From a virus: 64,000 nt of DNA. The position numbers and the translations under genes are program-made. Below, piece by piece: positions 10,029 to 17,625 of this stretch. Under the pieces are notes generated by a model. That model was not told the origin of the DNA, did no database searches, and was given only the letters and a program-made list of their open reading frames with translations. How positions within the stretch are numbered: position 1 is the stretch's first letter; each line of letters opens with the position of its first letter. The stretch covers positions 26,161 through 90,160 of IMG/VR virus record IMGVR_UViG_3300028837_001734. One strand, 5' to 3'.

Positions 10029-10321
10029 CATTCTGTAACTCTACTAATACCATCCTTAGTTTTTATCTTAGCAACTCTAAATCCTAAAATCCTATCATCT
10101 TGTTCGTTCATGAGCATCTGGATAACATTTTCCCTATCACTAACAAGACCATTCAATAAGCCTATTAACCTTAATCTACCATCCATCGTAACTTGAACTG
10201 TAGGATGATCAATCATTTCTTGATCTGCGTGAATAGAAATATTAAGCAACATCTTATTAACAGTTTCTTCATCCTGATCTAATGCACTATTCAGAAAAGC
10301 TACCACTTGATTCATTGTCAT
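10028..10321 (-). CDS. Hypothetical protein
   Basis: MTMNQ... with GGAG RBS; 'DHPTVQV...IGLLNGL'. Confidence 0.65.
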   Translation of the reverse strand: MTMNQVVAFLNSALDQDEETVNKMLLNISIHADQEMIDHPTVQVTMDGRLRLIGLLNGLVSDRENVIQMLMNEQDDRILGFRVAKIKTKDGISRVTE

Positions 10322-10347
10322 TTTAAGAACTCCCAATAATTTCAGTT

Positions 10348-10521
10348 TCAATAAAGCGTTTCCTCTTCTAATCCTATATCTAAAGCTATCCTTCTAGCTA
10401 ATAAATCAGCACCTTTACAACCTCCTTCTATAATTATAGCATCTTTCGGAAGTCTACGCAACCTATCTTCGATGGTTTTTATGTTTAACCACCTTCTGTC
10501 ACCACAAACAATTACTTTCAT
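10348..10521 (-). CDS. YspA/SLOG (DUF2493-like) protein, apparently C-terminally truncated
   Basis: MKVIVCGDR...IIEGGCKGAD SLOG signature; lacks the usual 'ADW..YG..AGPIRN' second half. Confidence 0.65.
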   Translation of the reverse strand: MKVIVCGDRRWLNIKTIEDRLRRLPKDAIIIEGGCKGADLLARRIALDIGLEEETLY

Positions 10522-10534
10522 ATTAATTCCACAC

Positions 10535-10610
10535 CTGTCTCTTATACACATCTCCGAGCCCACGAGACTAGGCATGATCTCGTATGCCGTCTTCTGCTTG
10601 AAAAAAAAAA
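10535..10610 (+). other. Illumina Nextera adapter read-through (assembly artefact)
   Basis: CTGTCTCTTATACACATCT-CCGAGCCCACGAGAC-[TAGGCATG index]-ATCTCGTATGCCGTCTTCTGCTTG followed by A10. Confidence 0.99.
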
Positions 10611-10894
10611 GGTACACAATCTCCACATCTAGGTCTCAACGAATCATCCTTATCTATCCCTTTGCAAAAACAACCAAGCACTTTGCCTTTCAATTTTGCT
10701 ATTCGTGCAGCAAATTCTGGATCAGTCCGCAATCTATCATAAAAATGTATATAATATAAATCTAGAACCTCGTCACGATTACCATTTCGTCCAATTATAA
10801 ATGGATTCCCAAAATAACCATCCTGTCCATTACCAGCTCTCCCTATATACACATCATATTTATCATGTTTAATATTTACAACAGTAGTTTTCAT
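10611..10894 (-). CDS. DUF4326-like protein, 3' end replaced by adapter
   Basis: VVN...YDVYIGR...FGNPF...LKGKVLGCFCK signature. Confidence 0.8.
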
Positions 10895-11145
10895 GTATCA
10901 ATCCTCTCATGAATATCAAATGTTATACCATCATAAGTGGCGCTGTAAATGCCATAGTGAGGACCAACCTTATCTACGCATACCTTCAAAACTTGTATAG
11001 CTTCCTTCAACGAATCACAAGTACCATAAAAAACAATCTTTTCTGGACCAGGTAATTTTCCATCATTACGGTTGACCATTACAAGATATACCTTTTGTGT
11101 CGTGCTATTCATCATTATACTCCACATCAAGTTCCAGGATATCAT
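10891..11145 (-). CDS. Hypothetical protein (start uncertain)
   Basis: ORF overlapping both neighbours in the small-gene run. Confidence 0.5.
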   Translation of the reverse strand: MISWNLMWSIMMNSTTQKVYLVMVNRNDGKLPGPEKIVFYGTCDSLKEAIQVLKVCVDKVGPHYGIYSATYDGITFDIHERIDT

Positions 11146-11359
11146 CTGCTATGTGAGCCAAAAAATCAGGAGCATCTGTATTAGGGCCATCTCTCTGTAC
11201 GACAGACTCACCATCAAATGCTTCATGATGGAAAAACCACTTAACAACAGCTTCAAAAAGATCTTCTCTGGTCTCAGGATCATCTTTATAAGTTACTTCA
11301 CCGAAATCTGTTTTTTTACGACGAATCACTATATTACTCCTATATTCAGAAATTTTCAC
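11105..11359 (-). CDS. Hypothetical protein
   Basis: 84 aa acidic ORF. Confidence 0.6.
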   Translation of the reverse strand: MKISEYRSNIVIRRKKTDFGEVTYKDDPETREDLFEAVVKWFFHHEAFDGESVVQRDGPNTDAPDFLAHIADDILELDVEYNDE

Positions 11360-11558
11360 ATCTATCTTGCCATATTATATTACGAACTACATCTTTTAAT
11401 TGTGACATAACCAATATACGATGTTGTCTCATAGAATTATTTAGATCCTCCTCTAATCCCATCAATAGTCCGTGTTCATTTCTGAGATATTCTGCGATAT
11501 ATGATACAACTACCGATACTTCTTCTTCCGAAGGGTTTTCTGGTCCCATACAAGGCAT
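11346..11558 (-). CDS. Hypothetical protein
   Basis: Start moved to ATG 11558 with GGAG RBS. Confidence 0.55.
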   Translation of the reverse strand: MPCMGPENPSEEEVSVVVSYIAEYLRNEHGLLMGLEEDLNNSMRQHRILVMSQLKDVVRNIIWQDRCENF

Positions 11559-11574
11559 AGTCCGATACTCCAAT

Positions 11575-11600
11575 AAAAAAGCCCGCAGTTTCCTACGGGC
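11575..11600 (-). terminator. Rho-independent terminator
   Basis: GCCCGTAG-GAAA-CTGCGGGC followed by T6. Confidence 0.85.
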
Positions 11601-11708
11601 GAGATCTACTCCAATTTTCTGGAACTAGACCTAACCCGCATCACCTCTCGGTGCGGCATTTGGATTAGGTTGATTAAGCTGATGCTTATACATTCCAGAA
11701 ACCTCCAA
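11575..11708 (-). ncRNA. Candidate structured sRNA/leader containing a 20-aa ORF (11631-11693)
   Basis: Bounded by promoter motif 11715 and a terminator; GAGA-tetraloop hairpin; GGAGG RBS + MYKHQLNQPNPNAAPRGDAG*. Confidence 0.45.
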
Positions 11709-11714
11709 AAATGT

Positions 11715-11721
11715 TATACAC
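11715..11721 (-). promoter_or_regulatory. Phage promoter motif GTGTATAA
   Basis: CTTTGTGTATAACAT. Confidence 0.6.
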
Positions 11722-11725
11722 AAAG

Positions 11726-11845
11726 TTAAGAATTTCTATTGCGAATTACTGATGTTAAAACAAAAATAATTCCACAAGCAAAACCAATACCACATAATAC
11801 AACAGATGTAGTAGAAAAACCACAACAAGCAAGTAAACTATACAT
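11726..11845 (-). CDS. Small membrane protein (39 aa)
   Basis: GGAGGT RBS; MYSLLACCGFSTTSVVLCGIGFACGIIFVLTSVIRNRNS. Confidence 0.5.
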   Translation of the reverse strand: MYSLLACCGFSTTSVVLCGIGFACGIIFVLTSVIRNRNS

Positions 11846-11854
11846 TTTACCTCC

Positions 11855-11962
11855 CTAGAATATCAATAATCCAACTAGAACCAAAATGATAATTAGTAGA
11901 CCAACAACAACTGGCCAACCAGCAGCAATCATAAATACTATATTATCCCACAAGTCATACAT
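11855..11962 (-). CDS. Small membrane protein (35 aa)
   Basis: AGGTGA RBS; MYDLWDNIVFMIAAGWPVVVGLLIIILVLVGLLIF. Confidence 0.5.
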   Translation of the reverse strand: MYDLWDNIVFMIAAGWPVVVGLLIIILVLVGLLIF

Positions 11963-11972
11963 ATAACATCAC

Positions 11973-12992
11973 CTAAAATACTACGATCTCTGTAGATCCA
12001 AGCAAGAACTGAATCAATCTACCCATCCCCAAACCAAAACCACTTCTAATTAAAGTATTATGACTACGGCATCCTCTTTTGTCATCTGAGGAAAGGTTTA
12101 AATAAGATACAAAGGGAGCCCAACTAGCTTGCTCGACTTTTGTATTAACTACACCACCATTAGTTTGATCAGCACGAATTTTCGTCATCTGCTGAAACAT
12201 TAAACTTTCTCTTAATTTAATACTAAGAGTTCTATAATCTTCTTCCCGTCTCGATCCGCCGAAAGTTTCACCAGCCCAAGGTAAAAGCAAATCAACACAA
12301 TCGACAGTAAATCTATTTTCATTATATTCCTCAATAGGCATATTTGCTTTTAATGGTTCACGACAAGTACGATACATATTGAAAAACTTGATGGATTCTG
12401 GATAATGCGTGACCTGAACAGGACCTTCAAATAGAACACATATCATTTCTTCAACATTAGAAGTAAAATCATCACCCCAATTGATAGAAACACCACGGTT
12501 ACTCAACATTTCAACTACTTCTGTATAAGTGATGATCTTAGCTGGACTATCCAAAAAACCCTCAAGTCTCCGTCGATGTTCCGTACTAATACAATCTGAT
12601 TGTAAAGCCGTACTAATCGCAGCATTTAGAATTTTCTGTTGGAATAAAAGTAAAGCCTTTAAGTCAAAATTTAAAGATTCAAATTCAAGCAATGCAAATT
12701 CAGCCAGATGACGTCCATCACCAGCCTTAGGTTCATTTCGATAACTACGTCCCAAAGTCCAGACACCAGGAAGACCATGTTGTAAAATTTCTGCTTCCAT
12801 CAATAACTGATCTGTTTGTGATAGATATGCTAATTGTGGAGTATTCTGCAAAATAAAAGCTGTTGGTACATTTTCACACGCCCCAGTACCACCAGTAATT
12901 TTATTATAATATGATTCCACCACATCGCTATCATACATAACAGCTCTAATCTTATCTAATACGTCAGCCTTAAGTTTAATCAATTCCTTCAT
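11973..12992 (-). CDS. Class IIb aminoacyl-tRNA synthetase paralog (AsnRS/AspRS-like catalytic core, no anticodon-binding domain)
   Basis: 'YLSQTDQL', motif 2 'SYRNEP..GDGRHLAEFALLEFE', 'GETFGGSRRE', motif 3 'SGFGLGMGRL'. Confidence 0.85.
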   Translation of the reverse strand: MKELIKLKADVLDKIRAVMYDSDVVESYYNKITGGTGACENVPTAFILQNTPQLAYLSQTDQLLMEAEILQHGLPGVWTLGRSYRNEPKAGDGRHLAEFALLEFESLNFDLKALLLFQQKILNAAISTALQSDCISTEHRRRLEGFLDSPAKIITYTEVVEMLSNRGVSINWGDDFTSNVEEMICVLFEGPVQVTHYPESIKFFNMYRTCREPLKANMPIEEYNENRFTVDCVDLLLPWAGETFGGSRREEDYRTLSIKLRESLMFQQMTKIRADQTNGGVVNTKVEQASWAPFVSYLNLSSDDKRGCRSHNTLIRSGFGLGMGRLIQFLLGSTEIVVF

Positions 12993-13331
12993 TTATTTAT
13001 CCTTTTTCATGTGTTTAAATTGCTCAATTTGCTTGAGTCTATCCTCAGCCTGTTTCCTCGACGAATAACATCCCAACTTCTTTCCGGTCTTGCTATAAAT
13101 ACAAAATGGTTTACTATCAGGACCATCTTTACGAATTACAGCATCAGTTTTTAAAGCTTCTAATAATTCTTCATTCCAATCTGTCACTGAACGTTCACCC
13201 CTTTTCAAAATTTCTTCTTTATCAAGATAATATTTATATGGCGTATTTCCTTTTCTCCTGCGTTTTCTGCGTGTTTGACTTTTATTAGTGCGAGTACTCA
13301 TGTGATACCAACTCAGTCCAACAGCAGCCAC
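12993..13331 (-). CDS. Basic hypothetical phage protein
   Basis: C-terminal 'FCIYSKTGKKLGCYSSRKQAEDRLKQIEQFK'; true start perhaps 13301. Confidence 0.6.
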   Translation of the reverse strand: MAAVGLSWYHMSTRTNKSQTRRKRRRKGNTPYKYYLDKEEILKRGERSVTDWNEELLEALKTDAVIRKDGPDSKPFCIYSKTGKKLGCYSSRKQAEDRLKQIEQFKHMKKDK

Positions 13332-13339
13332 TATACGAA

Positions 13340-13585
13340 TTAATAGGACACCTCAGCAGTCTTGGCCCAATCATCCCATTCATCAATATCTACTTGTTTT
13401 CGAATCGGTTCAGGTTCTACTATAGTACCTAATGGCTGATCAACTATTACTTCATAAAATACTTGACTCATTGAAACATCTAAAACAAATCTACGTTCGA
13501 TACCCCATTCGGAGTCATTCCTGACGAATTTAGAATACGTACAACCCATTTCGGGTGTTAACATTATTCCAAAGCCCCTTCCCAT
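13340..13585 (-). CDS. Hypothetical protein
   Basis: 81 aa ORF in run. Confidence 0.55.
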   Translation of the reverse strand: MGRGFGIMLTPEMGCTYSKFVRNDSEWGIERRFVLDVSMSQVFYEVIVDQPLGTIVEPEPIRKQVDIDEWDDWAKTAEVSY

Positions 13586-13806
13586 CCGTGTAAAAGCTTA
13601 TCATTATTATCAAAAAATAATTCACCACATACATCCATATTTCCTGAACATGCAGATAAATCCCACCCATATATATTAGTTAATAAATCACAGCCAGGTA
13701 GAATAAATAAACATAACAATATAATTATCCATATTGGGACCATAAATTTAATAACCGTTTGCCAAGAATTATTTTGATAACGATAGTCTCTCATAATTAT
13801 CCCCAT
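13564..13806 (-). CDS. Putative lipoprotein/membrane protein
   Basis: Hydrophobic segment ending in lipobox-like ILPGC. Confidence 0.5.
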   Translation of the reverse strand: MGIIMRDYRYQNNSWQTVIKFMVPIWIIILLCLFILPGCDLLTNIYGWDLSACSGNMDVCGELFFDNNDKLLHGWEGALE

Positions 13807-14003
13807 CCACTACCAGATGCTCTTTTCCGAGCACTAGGAGGTTTCTTTAAAGGAGGAAAACGTCTATAAATTTCACGTGCTTTCAATTTATCAAGTTCTC
13901 TATGCCATGCTTCTTCTCTTGCTGGAGTCCAGGCATTAGGACTACCAATAGAATCTAAAATAGTTTCATCAGGTTTTGACAATCCATCCTTGTTTCTACT
14001 CAT
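13797..14003 (-). CDS. Hypothetical protein
   Basis: Start moved to ATG 14003 (AAGGA RBS), downstream of tRNA-Thr. Confidence 0.55.
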   Translation of the reverse strand: MSRNKDGLSKPDETILDSIGSPNAWTPAREEAWHRELDKLKAREIYRRFPPLKKPPSARKRASGSGWG

Positions 14004-14024
14004 CTCATAATTTTCCTTCCTAAG

Positions 14025-14098
14025 AGCCGCGAGAGGGATTCGAACCCTCGACATTTGGTTTACAAAACCAACGCTCTGTCCAACTGAGCTATCACGGC
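14025..14098 (-). tRNA. tRNA-Thr(TGT)
   Basis: Acceptor GCCGTGA/TCGCGGC, anticodon loop TTTGTAA, T-arm GAGGG-TTCGAAT-CCCTC. Confidence 0.95.
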
Positions 14099-14316
14099 TG
14101 CTGAGATAAAAGGCGATCCACAACTACTTTCATAGTAGGATCTAAATCTGAATAATAGCAACCTTTTACCCATCTGCCATGAACAAAAGCGGCATAGCAT
14201 ACAGTAGCTACTTCTATATCTTTAGGTGTTTTACCGTCAACATCTACATCAAGCCAATAATTAGAAGTAACACTATTAGTAGTTTTGTTACAATTCATAC
14301 ATCTAGCCAGTGGCAT
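14092..14316 (-). CDS. Small Cys-containing protein (stop codon inside tRNA-Thr)
   Basis: MPLARCMNC...; ends CAG CCG TGA within the tRNA acceptor 5' strand. Confidence 0.55.
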   Translation of the reverse strand: MPLARCMNCNKTTNSVTSNYWLDVDVDGKTPKDIEVATVCYAAFVHGRWVKGCYYSDLDPTMKVVVDRLLSQQP

Positions 14317-14322
14317 ATTAAC

Positions 14323-14847
14323 CTACTTTCTATCACAAACACAATTCTCCTCAGATTTCGGAACAATAGTTATTTGGAGATCATTCTCATCCCAATTAAC
14401 ATTATTAGTCCTGCACACTAATACATCAGTCGCTTTATCAACAAGAGCTTTACATCCATTATTAATTTGCACTTCCTCTAATGCGACAATAACAGGATGC
14501 TTTTTGGTACATTCTGCAAGATATTTTTTCCAAATAGCAGTACGGCATGGTTTATCAAGATCACTAACCCATAATGCATCTCTAAGAGCTATCTTTCTAC
14601 CAAGAGATTTGGAAAAAGTATCAATAGGATGACAAATAGCAAGACCATAACCAACTATTTCATCATCAACAAAGACCCCAGCAATTGTACATTGTCTAAT
14701 CCATGATACATCTTGATCATCAATATAATCGAGGACTTCACAAGCTAAATGATTTACATCTATAGCATCTAGTAAAGTTTCTTTATTAAATCGACCATGC
14801 TCAAATCTAATTGCAATATTCTTAGATGAAAATTCCAATTTTAACAT
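14323..14847 (-). CDS. Hypothetical phage protein
   Basis: 174 aa; GAGG RBS; 'AICHPIDTFSKSLGRKIAL' motif of a type common in phage small proteins. Confidence 0.7.
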   Translation of the reverse strand: MLKLEFSSKNIAIRFEHGRFNKETLLDAIDVNHLACEVLDYIDDQDVSWIRQCTIAGVFVDDEIVGYGLAICHPIDTFSKSLGRKIALRDALWVSDLDKPCRTAIWKKYLAECTKKHPVIVALEEVQINNGCKALVDKATDVLVCRTNNVNWDENDLQITIVPKSEENCVCDRK

Positions 14848-14886
14848 TAGTATACCTCTCTAATTCAACAGATCCTATCAAAACAC

Positions 14887-15021
14887 TGACGAGTATCGGA
14901 TTCGAACCAACAGTCCTCTTTAATTTCCCCTAGGTCCAACACAATCGGGGTCGGTGGTATAGGACACCCCACCAAGCTCACTCCAGTGATACACTCCCTA
15001 ACAACTAGTGCTTTCCTCGTC
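14887..15021 (-). ncRNA. 135-nt tRNA-like RNA of unknown class
   Basis: Terminal stem GACGAG/CTCGTC + A; T-arm (T)GTTGG-TTCGAAT-CCGAT(A); four internal hairpins. Confidence 0.6.
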
Positions 15022-15024
15022 CAA

Positions 15025-15095
15025 TAGCCGGGGGTGGAGTCGAACCACCAGTTACGGTTTATGAGACCGTCGTGTTGCCGTTACACTACCCCGCA
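15025..15095 (-). tRNA. tRNA-Met/fMet-like (CAT)
   Basis: Acceptor TGCGGGG/CCCGGCT (mismatches at 1:72 and 4:69), anticodon loop CTCATAA, T-arm GGTGG-TTCGACT-CCACC. Confidence 0.85.
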
Positions 15096-15098
15096 AAC

Positions 15099-15258
15099 TA
15101 ACGCCGCTGAGTTGACAACGACGTCGTTGCTTTTTCCACACATGGTGAATAAGCTCAATCCCGATGCGTCCAACGGGAACCCTGTCAGGTAGGGCCACCC
15201 CCTGTCGTACCCATTTATAATGACTGGTCCAGATAGGGTAAAGCGTCGGTCATTCCGT
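15099..15258 (-). ncRNA. Candidate multi-hairpin structured ncRNA
   Basis: GC-rich intergenic block with a closing stem, several hairpins and a possible pseudoknot, immediately 5' of tRNA-Met. Confidence 0.5.
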
Positions 15259-15262
15259 AAAG

Positions 15263-15553
15263 TCAAACTTCTACATCTCCAGATATTTGACATTTCTTGT
15301 CCTCATATTCTGCCATGACTCTTCTTCTAAATTCTGCTTGTGCTTCTGCCAAAGCAGAGGAAACAACTGCCATTCTAGCATATGATCTAACACCACCAGC
15401 TTCTTGTGTTGTTAGAATAATCGCCAGACGAAAAAGCACATAGTTTAATTCTCCAGACAACTCGTCATTATCTCTTCTAGTATTCAATATATGACCCAAG
15501 TTGTCAACTAAATTATCGTACTTTTCTCGTTCCTTTTTTGGTATATACGGCAT
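15263..15553 (-). CDS. 'MPYI' family phage protein
   Basis: MPYI...GELNY...EF.RR....YEDKK signature. Confidence 0.75.
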   Translation of the reverse strand: MPYIPKKEREKYDNLVDNLGHILNTRRDNDELSGELNYVLFRLAIILTTQEAGGVRSYARMAVVSSALAEAQAEFRRRVMAEYEDKKCQISGDVEV

Positions 15554-15570
15554 TTCGCATCAAATCCAAT

Positions 15571-17625
15571 CTAGCTTTTAGACAGATAACGATTCCCTAC
15601 AACTTTTAATTGAACACGCCCAAGTCGACGTTCGGTACGTTCATGTATTGGCTTGATAACTACCCCTTCTCGATAATGCTCTGCAGAAGATATGGAGCTA
15701 TCCCCATCTGCGAACTCAATAATCTTGTCTTTGTCAAAAGGTCCACGATAAACAAGTGGAACCCACGGGATACCTGCCGCCAATTTGCGGGCTTCGTCGT
15801 GATCAAGCCATCTGTTTCCTTCTAAGATATCAAAAGCAGCAAACCAAACAACGCCATTTGGTGCTCCATATTTAAGATTCTGGACCTGCCCATAAACTTC
15901 ACCATAAACGACAAGATCCTGATTATGTCTGCACCAACTTTCTAGTGCTGTATTATTCGCAAGAGCTTTCCACCATAAATTCTGTGGATCCTGTTTTTTC
16001 CAATGCTTACGAGATCCAGCAAACATCTTATCATTTATACACATAAATCTTGAGTTACAATTATGTATTAATACACCATTAGCAAAATAATTATGCGTAC
16101 CAGTTTCTAAATCGTATCTTTGTCTATTTTCTGATATACGATCAATAGAAGTGATGGTTTGATCGACATATACAGATTTATATGAATTGTCTTTTGAGGG
16201 CATCCATCCGTCATGACCACGATAACGTTCTGGAAGTTTATATTGCATAACCTGTGGAATATACGGTGCGATTATCAGAAACAACTTTTCAGCATCATTG
16301 GAATTAAGCCTCAGTCTCCAGCCTGACGAATTGTATTTGATGGCATGTATATCGAATTTGACCAAAGCCAATACTAGATTATCCACACTAAATTCAGAAA
16401 ATCCATTCGTCGCAAATACAACCCTGTCTTCTTGGTCCTCGTGATGACACAAACTACCATCATCCATATACCAAAATGCTAAAGCTATTGGAGTCAATTT
16501 TGGCACAATCGATGTCGGAACCTCCTTGTGCCCGTCTACAAACCAATCGTTGAAAAGATCTTTGATAAATGCGCTAGAAACAGTTCTACTTCTGGTCATC
16601 AGTGTTCCATATCCACTTATATGGTCTGTCTGTCTGTTACCGCACATTGTTCCTAGCGCTTGTTCCGTATATAGTAGATATTCTTCGTGATCTTTTTTAT
16701 GACTGAATTTAATGAAACCAGAAGAATCATTGCAGTCATAACTACCATCACCAAGCATCTTACCAATTAAGACCTGTTCCTGTATTGGTGTTAGTTCTAA
16801 CTCTGATCTTACCAGCCTAATAGTATCACCAACTGCCAGATGTTTAGCTTCAAGAAAACCGTTGTCAGAGTCTCCAAAATCAGTTTGTGTGACCACAAAA
16901 ACTTTATGATTAGGAGTACATTTTAACGAGCCAAAATAACTGCCTCGTCCAGCTCTGTGTCTATCAAACGTAATTTTCAACCATTCGTTACCTAAACCAT
17001 TTTTATAAACACGTTTTACACTGGTAGATACAATACTGTTAGAAGTAAAATCATATCCTAAAACTTCTCCATCATAATCTGAATCAACCAATTCTTGTAT
17101 TCGTTGTCTCTGACCGTTCGGCAACGAAATTCGTGCCTGAGATTGTACACATCCATGAATTTTTTCAGTAACAATTACTTCTTCGCCGTCTTTGAACAAA
17201 CGAGCATATTTTCTGAAATTCAGAACATCATATGTTGGAAAGAATCCCTTTGGGGCAACAACATTATCGCCACCAGTGCTAAAATGTCCGTGTACTTGTG
17301 GTTCGTAATGAGTCACACCAAGTGCTTCCATACAGTCATCACCGATCTTGGCTCCACCCGGTGCTGGCACCAATAGCCCCATGGACCATTCTCCCCTGAG
17401 TTTCTTTACTTTAATTCTGTAATGTCCTTTTAGAAAAGCAAATGTCTTTGTTTCCGGGACAACACTGTCTGGTGGGATGTAAACGGCAAGATCTCCATCT
17501 CGCCAATCTGCTGTACGGACAGCACACTGAAAATCACCAACATCAACAAGACTAAGTGAATTAGCATTTGGATGAGATCTTAACTTGATCGCTACTACAT
17601 CGCAAGTGTGTTCTGCTACTTTCAT
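15571..17625 (-). CDS. RNA ligase (Rnl2-like, DRB0094 family) interrupted by an intein
   Basis: N-terminal OB/tRNA-binding 'HPNANSL'; motif I TEKIHG|CN; 'VYGEVYG', 'FAAFDI', 'REGVVIKP', 'QLKVV'. Confidence 0.9.
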   Translation of the reverse strand: MKVAEHTCDVVAIKLRSHPNANSLSLVDVGDFQCAVRTADWRDGDLAVYIPPDSVVPETKTFAFLKGHYRIKVKKLRGEWSMGLLVPAPGGAKIGDDCMEALGVTHYEPQVHGHFSTGGDNVVAPKGFFPTYDVLNFRKYARLFKDGEEVIVTEKIHGCVQSQARISLPNGQRQRIQELVDSDYDGEVLGYDFTSNSIVSTSVKRVYKNGLGNEWLKITFDRHRAGRGSYFGSLKCTPNHKVFVVTQTDFGDSDNGFLEAKHLAVGDTIRLVRSELELTPIQEQVLIGKMLGDGSYDCNDSSGFIKFSHKKDHEEYLLYTEQALGTMCGNRQTDHISGYGTLMTRSRTVSSAFIKDLFNDWFVDGHKEVPTSIVPKLTPIALAFWYMDDGSLCHHEDQEDRVVFATNGFSEFSVDNLVLALVKFDIHAIKYNSSGWRLRLNSNDAEKLFLIIAPYIPQVMQYKLPERYRGHDGWMPSKDNSYKSVYVDQTITSIDRISENRQRYDLETGTHNYFANGVLIHNCNSRFMCINDKMFAGSRKHWKKQDPQNLWWKALANNTALESWCRHNQDLVVYGEVYGQVQNLKYGAPNGVVWFAAFDILEGNRWLDHDEARKLAAGIPWVPLVYRGPFDKDKIIEFADGDSSISSAEHYREGVVIKPIHERTERRLGRVQLKVVGNRYLSKS
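16060..17151 (-). mobile_element. Intein with LAGLIDADG homing endonuclease (364 aa)
   Basis: Block A CVQSQARI, block B CTPNHK, LAGLIDADG-like IGKMLGDGS and FWYMDDGS, block F YDLETGTHNYFANG, C-terminal IHN followed by Cys+1. Confidence 0.93.

Noticed and set aside
10543-10549. TATACAC match to the phage promoter motif
   Set aside because: Part of the Nextera mosaic end; coincidental.
10472-10759. 95-aa plus-strand ORF and extended 10348-10626 ORF
   Set aside because: They contain translated Illumina adapter sequence.
8225-15024. HDV-like (theta) ribozymes 3' of tRNAs
   Set aside because: I could not build the nested double-pseudoknot by eye downstream of any tRNA; a motif search would be needed to exclude them fully.
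15081-15293. 70-aa ORF
   Set aside because: Overlaps tRNA-Met and a densely base-paired block, with no recognisable protein features; ncRNA is more plausible.
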